DNA of 64,000 nucleotides from Eledone cirrhosa (lineage: Eukaryota), in NCBI GenBank assembly GCA_964016885.1, contig OZ024740.1, positions 348,750,001-348,814,000 on the forward strand. The letters are read 5' to 3'. Of this stretch, positions 52,076 through 64,000 are shown in pieces. The notes beneath the pieces were generated by a model, which was given only the letters and a program-made list of their open reading frames with translations, had not been told where the DNA came from and ran no database searches. Numbering within the stretch: the stretch's first letter is position 1; every line of letters begins with the position of its first letter. The translations under genes and the position numbers were made by a program.

Positions 52076-52320
52076 GTGGACACAGGGATAGGTGAATACA
52101 GGGTTAGGGAGAACACAGGGTTAGGGTGAAAACAGGGTTGGGGTGAACACATGGGTAGGGTGAACACAGGGGTAGGGTGAATACAGGGGTTGGGAAAACA
52201 CAGGGTTAGGGGGAACACAGAGTTAGGGTGAATACAGGGGTTGGGAAAACACAGGGTTAGGGGGAACACAGAGTTAGGGTGAATACAGGGGTTGGGAAAA
52301 CACAGGGTTAGGGGGAACAC
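52076..52320. repeat. 17-bp G-rich minisatellite (ACAGGGTTAGGGTGAAC-like) with 51-bp higher-order unit
   Basis: About 14 units. The 51-mer beginning gaatacaggggttgggaaaacacagggttagggggaacac recurs at about 52179, 52230 and 52281. Confidence 0.9.
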
Positions 52321-52329
52321 ATAGCTGCA

Positions 52330-52433
52330 TGTACACAAACGCGCGTAAGATAATATAAAACATAAAACACGAAAACATCAAAACAAAAAGAGACAAAATA
52401 CATAAAAATAATAAGAAAAAATATATATAAATA

Positions 52434-52502
<69 letters not shown>

Positions 52503-55130
52503 CACACGCACGCACACATACACACACACACACACACTCACACACATACACGCACATGTGGTGGATGCATATATACGGGGTTCGTATTTTGTGATAAAGT
52601 ATGATTCTTTGCTAATGCGTTGACTGTGGGTAGCGTTGTCTTTAAATTCTGAAGTTGGGTTGTTCATTAGAGGCGCAGGTGTCCTCTCAGGGCTACTTTT
52701 CTCTATTCCCGTATTTTAATTCGGGATCTATGAACGGTCATACGCTGACGAAGACTCTTTTTAGTCTGTTCTATGTACTGCTCTCGACAGCCTGAGCAAG
52801 TTAATACATATAATAGGTTTTCTGATGCGCATGTGAAATTGTTTTCCACTGTAAAGCGTTGACCCTGTTTGAAGCAGAACTCCGATCCCTTTATTAGGTT
52901 GGCGCATATACTACAGTTGCGTCTTCCGCATCTTTTGACTGTTGGGTTAATTTTATGGTCACCTGAACTTAGGCCTGTGTGAGGATATTTTTCATTGACT
53001 TTGGGTTGTCTTTTGCTGTTTATGACGTTGTGCGTTTGAAGGATTCGGTTCATTTTATGATAACGTTTTAGTAAAGGAACGTTCTGTTGTTATTTATGGT
53101 TCGGGTTCGTGGTTGTGGGTTGATGAGAGCGTCCATATATTTAATGTACTGTTGTGTGTCCCTATATTTCATGTTCGATTGTGACGTTTTAGAGGCCCGT
53201 CTTTGGTGATTATATCGTGTGGTATGGGTTTTTTGTGAATGGTAGTTGAGAAGATTGTAAGAATGAAAATGTCCTTGGTATCTCCTTATGGGAGGGGGGG
53301 TCTAAGTAGTAATATCCATCCTGGGTGATGATGTTTTTAATTTCTTTATTTGTTGTTGAGGTATCTGCTTTGTTGCTGCGCGGTTGGGTTAAGATGTGTT
53401 AGGTTTTTGTCTTCTTTTTTTTTTTGAGGAGGTTGTGTGTTTTTGTTGGTTGTGAACCTGTGTCTAAGTGGTGTTTAAATTTTCTTGTTTTTATGAACGT
53501 ATTTGAAAAACCGTTTCATAGTTTAAAAACCAAGTGGTACTTTTTTCCCAGCGCTGGAGGGATTTCAGTTCTTCTTTGTTGCAATCCTCTTTCCATAGTT
53601 TTTAGATCTTCTCTAGGTTGGGGCATTAGGTCTTTTTGTTAATTTCTTGGTTGATCTCTTCACCGATCGGTTTGATTTTATCCTCATTTGTCTGAGCCCT
53701 CAATTATAGAAGCTCAATTTCCAACTTCATTTTGTCCAGTACTATTCATTCCCTAAGGAGTCTTTGTGACTCGGGTTCATCTGTAATGGCTTTTATTTTT
53801 TGCGGTGAAGAATTATTGGTGTAAAATTGAGCCATATTTTGTATACCTCCGCTTTGTTGTTTTGTTTTTTTTGATCATTTTCTAAATGGAGAACTTTATG
53901 TCTCTGAGTGATTTGTTTTATTGCGGCACTATCCGGTTTTTCATTTTGTATGTTGTTAGTGTAACAATCCCACACGGCTCCTCGTTCGTTTGTCCTGGGT
54001 TTGTGTTATTCGTAAAAAATGTATTAATTGTTTCACATAGGTTTTGATGTTTTTTGCCGGTATCGGTTTCCTCATTTGTCGAGTCAGGTTTGTTGAAGAG
54101 TACTGACAGCTTTGTGTTGATTTTCTTCAGTTCCTTCAGTATCTCTTCATTTATATTAATGATCGTTGCGTCCGTTTTTGTCGGCATTTTCAGTATCTCG
54201 TGTGGGGATATGATATTTAGAATGTTGAGAAGTGACACACGAGTTGATATATATTAGGAAAACAAGAAAAGAAGTTAAAAATGCTAATAGGATTTTCTCA
54301 TAGAATAAGAGCAAGACATTATATATATACATGTTGGGAGTGGATGAGGTTACAGATTTAAGTCCTTCATCAGGAAAGTTGAGAGAAACCCTGAGAGGGT
54401 GAGGAGGGAAGTTAACATGTAAAGAACACGAAAAGAAGGGGAAAATAAAAATAAAAATAAAAGAGGGAATTTAAAAAAAAGTGAAAATAAAGAGGGGGTA
54501 TATAGATCCGAAATGGCAAGGATGTGGTAGTGTTTATAGGGGTGGGTGAGGGGAGAGGGGGGAGACAAGAAAATCAGAGTCCGGGTGGGGATGGTGGAAG
54601 GTAATGTGTGTGTGTGTGTGTGTGTGTGTAGATGTGAGTGTGTGTGTGTATGTGCTTGTGTAAGTATGAGAGTCTGAAAGGAAGCGAGTGTATGTGAATG
54701 TAAGTTCTGAAAAGACGATGTGTATGTGTGGAAGTGGTGTATATGTCTGTGCGTGTATAGTTGTTGTATGGGTGTTGGTGTGCATAAGTGTGTTTATGGA
54801 TTGAGGGGGCCGAATAGGATGAAAACGTGTCGAATCCGGAGGCGGTGTTGGATGAAGTGTGGGTGTATGTGTAGATGTGTGTGTGTGTGAGGGTGGTTGA
54901 AAAGAAGTGAATGCGTGGTACGTCTATGGGTGGTGTGGGTTAGTGTAAGGTGTGTAGTTTCGTGTGTGCGGAAATGGTGCAAATGACTGTGTATGTATAT
55001 GTTTCTGTATGGGTATTGGTGTGTGAGGATGGAAAAAATCCGAGGGTAGATGGGGTCGATGGCATCGTGAGGTAAAGTCCAAGTCTGAGCGATATCCATA
55101 AGTTTGCAGCCCTTCATATTTTGAGTGTAT
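52330..55130 (-). mobile_element. Neptune-like PLE derivative: pLTR, N-terminal region and GIY-YIG, RT deleted
   Basis: CGRRNCSIC..FTCASENLLYVLTCSGCREQYIEQT at 52703-53053; decayed hammerhead (CUGAUGA AGGAC..) at about 54345-54378; no RT motifs in between. Outer limits uncertain. Confidence 0.7.
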
Positions 55131-55499
55131 GGTGATCCAACGTGAATAATCAGTATATGTGAGGCTTTGTTAACATTAATATTATCTATGATGAAGGTAC
55201 TGCTGATTTCAACGAATAGTACTCCTTCCGAAATGGGCCTAAAACTTTACATACAATTTTACGATTTTACTCAATAAGGGAACAAATTTATGCTCTCACA
55301 AAATGACCCCTGACACAGAACAATCTCTTAAACATATATTATGGATTAGCAGACGCGTTGTTTACTATGTTTACTATTATATACTTAGCTTTAAAACTTT
55401 AACCTCCTCATTAAACCAGGGAGACCTTCTTCCTCCCAACGCTACACCGAACCGCTTTTGCCCACTGAAGTGGAAACAGCTGAGCTGAAGAGTACATGG

Positions 55500-55800
55500 A
55501 AAATAATTTGCGGTTTTCATCTAACACTGAAAAGACTGGTGCTGGACCTGCGAAGGCGTGGGATAGGCAAACGAAGGTAGCGTATCCCAAGATACCAAAG
55601 TGTGTCCAACAGGAAAGAGACTTTAACAATTGACAACTGAAACGTTATAAACCTTACAGGTAAAAAGTAGGAACTTGTAGAGGTGGTCAGATATTACTGA
55701 ACCTTATATTTAGATGGAGAATGGAAACTCCCCTATTTAGCAGTGATGGCAGAAATTGCCCTCTGCCTAAAAGCATTCTTTGGGGCAAAGTTGAGGGATG
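55500..55800 (+). mobile_element. Decayed RTE-like LINE 5'/APE fragment
   Basis: T*NVINLTGKK*ELVE..LDGEWKL resembles the APE start TWNV..L.GK..ELV. Confidence 0.45.
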
Positions 55801-56400
55801 GTAAAGAAGAGGCAGACAAACAAAATCCTCGTTAATAGTTTTCTGATGTTCTGTCGAAGTATTACAATTTCACTATAATAAACTGATTATCCAGTTATGA
55901 CAGTGAAGCCGTAGATAATAGATCCAGCTAGTGTGTTATACCTATTATGTTATTTCAAGCTCTAGTTTAATTTTTGATATTTGTCTGACGTTTGTTTAAA
56001 AAACTGTTAAATCACATTATTTGTCAAAAAGTATTCTGGAATGACGATATTTATGTTTTTTCGAAATAAAAACCTATTCTATATTACTAAAAATAGAAAT
56101 AATACAAAAAAATTAATTGATCTTTTAGCTACCTGTGTATCCAAGTAAATTTACCTACCACTCACTGCGCTTTTGCGACATGTAAATAAACAATGATTAA
56201 CTCAAATACATTGTGTGTCATGGATACATTAACTACACCCATAAAGGAGTGGAGGAGTATATATATATTAATCATTGTTTATTTACATGTTGCAAAAGCC
56301 CAGTGAGTGGTAGGTAAATTTCCTTGTATCAAGGAAATTTTCCTACCACTCACATACATACACACATATATATATAAGGAAGGAAGAGAGCTAAGGAACT

Positions 56401-59346
<2,946 letters not shown>

Positions 59347-59972
59347 TGAGATTTCTGATTTCTTGATTCAATTCCCTAATGCATATACCAGCGGCTACTA
59401 GCATTGATATTATTCAGTAGCAATCGAAATCTCCCCCTTCCCCAATTGACACTTTATAATTAATACTACTGCACCAAATGACCAGCCCTGTCCACTGTCC
59501 AATTGGTCAAGTAGAGATTAAAATTGGCACTCCCAAAATTCTTATTCAGATTTACTCATGGTATTCTCATTAGAAACCCATTATATACTTGTTTAGCAGT
59601 AAATTAATTTACCATCTGTCATATACTATCCCCTCTTTTTCTTCCTCTATTACTAATATAAATACTTCAATTTTTCTGATTTTATCCAATTTATCCAAAA
59701 TCTCTGAAGAAGTGACAACTGATTATACATTTGCTATCGAATACTTGCTAACATTATATGATTACGCAAGCAGCGATACATAGGTATTCCGTCTGTTACA
59801 GAAACATATGTCAATACCTAATAAATTCCTTTTTAAAAAAAGCACTTTCATTTTATATTCATCCTTTCTACATTTTCTCCGGAATATAATTTATACTCGT
59901 TAAGCAAACCTGCACGTACGCTGTTCATCTCTAACGTAACGATATATTATCACTACATTATTGATAACCTGA

Positions 59973-62812
<2,840 letters not shown>

Positions 62813-62850
62813 ACCTAAGTGGACTGCATTTAACTATTATTTGTTACCCC

Positions 62851-62934
<84 letters not shown>

Positions 62935-62935
62935 G

Positions 62936-62966
<31 letters not shown>

Positions 62967-63159
62967 GTATATATATATATGTATATATATATATAGATAG
63001 ATAAATATACACGGGTGTGTATGATTGTGTATAGAAAATTGTATTAATAAGAGGAATTCTAACTTTGTCTGATTTACTGGTTTTATTTACAATCCTTTAA
63101 AATTTATAATGGTATTATAATGAAATAGTATGATAGAATATTAAATTCTAAGTGTTAAT

Positions 63160-63198
63160 TGAACAAGTACTTTCATGCTTTCGCAATCTTCAGGTTCA
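63160..63198 (-). ncRNA. 39-nt minimal hammerhead in a solo pLTR (about 63010-63420)
   Basis: UGAAC CUGAAGA U UGC GAAA GCA U GAA AGUACU U/ GUUCA. Confidence 0.8.
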
Positions 63199-64000
63199 TA
63201 ATTTGTGGTGACAGTCAAGTTTGTAATTTTCAACTGTAATGAGATGGGTAAATTTTGTACCTTATATACAGTGAAAAGTGGCTCCAGAATGCTAAATCTT
63301 GCAAACTGTATTTCGACCAATCGGTGTGTAGTTTCACTGAATTACTAAAGCTGATTGGTTTAAGCGTCACGGTTGGTTGAGCATGTCTAACGACCACTAA
63401 TTGATCCTATCCAAAGCATCAATTGTTTTGCTAATTTTAGAAATGATGAAAATAGCATTTTCTAATAATCATCACCATCAACATCACTTTTATTATTATT
63501 ATTATTATTGTTGTTGTTGTTAGTGGTCGTAGTCGACATGGTTGTAGTCATAGTCATAGTAGAAGTATTACCCCTAAGCGTTATTATTGTTCATTTCGCT
63601 TGGGTTTGAATTTATCAATAAAATTCTTTTCTTTGATTTTTCATATATATATATGAAGAGAGAAGAAACATTTAGATATAATTAGTAATAAGATGTATCA
63701 TACCTAAACTGCTTCTAGATTCATCGACTACGTAGTTTCGTGGCATAAACAAAAACAATACATCATATAGATATAGAGCCTTTGCGAGGTCTGCCAACTT
63801 ATCAAGAGGATACCTCGTTTTACTAGCCTCAAGAACGCGTCTATATGATGTGAGAAAGAATCCCAAATGGCGGAGGGGGAGACAGTCACGTGATACAACG
63901 GTCAAGAAACAGAGCTAAGCTCCTTATAACCCCGAAAAATACCACGGAGGCGGAGGGGGTATTTATATCGAAGCCGTAGAAGAGGTGGTTAAGGAGGATA

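Noticed and set aside
52076-52320. Interstitial telomere
   Set aside because: TTAGGG occurs only singly inside a 17-bp unit, never as tandem hexamers.
63718-63775. Minus-strand GAAACUACGUAGUC palindromic helix III
   Set aside because: The CUGANGA half is unrecognisable (AUGAUGU), so it is too decayed to call.

Overview
AT-rich, microsatellite-dense animal DNA made almost entirely of nested transposable elements. The tRNA-derived SINE family and the IL-17 type point to an octopus/cephalopod genome (inference). The one intact host gene is a two-exon interleukin-17-like cytokine, join(36925..36939,39108..39635), about 180 aa. A possible heavily decayed, convergently oriented paralog lies at about 39900-41512. 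Mobile DNA comprises a decayed autonomous Helitron (1-6038) plus three smaller Helitron derivatives, about eight Penelope-like (PLE) insertions of Nematis- and Neptune-like type, a full-length L1-Tx1 LINE and relatives, R4/Dong, CRE, CR1 and RTE fragments, and SINEs. The most striking hidden structure is RNA-level: more than 15 minimal type-I hammerhead ribozyme motifs in PLE pseudo-LTRs. Many have recurrent non-canonical cores (CCGAAGA, UUGAUAA, U.U at the base of helix II), and several short insertions fold back exactly at the ribozyme. All alignments and folds were done by eye, so boundaries are approximate.
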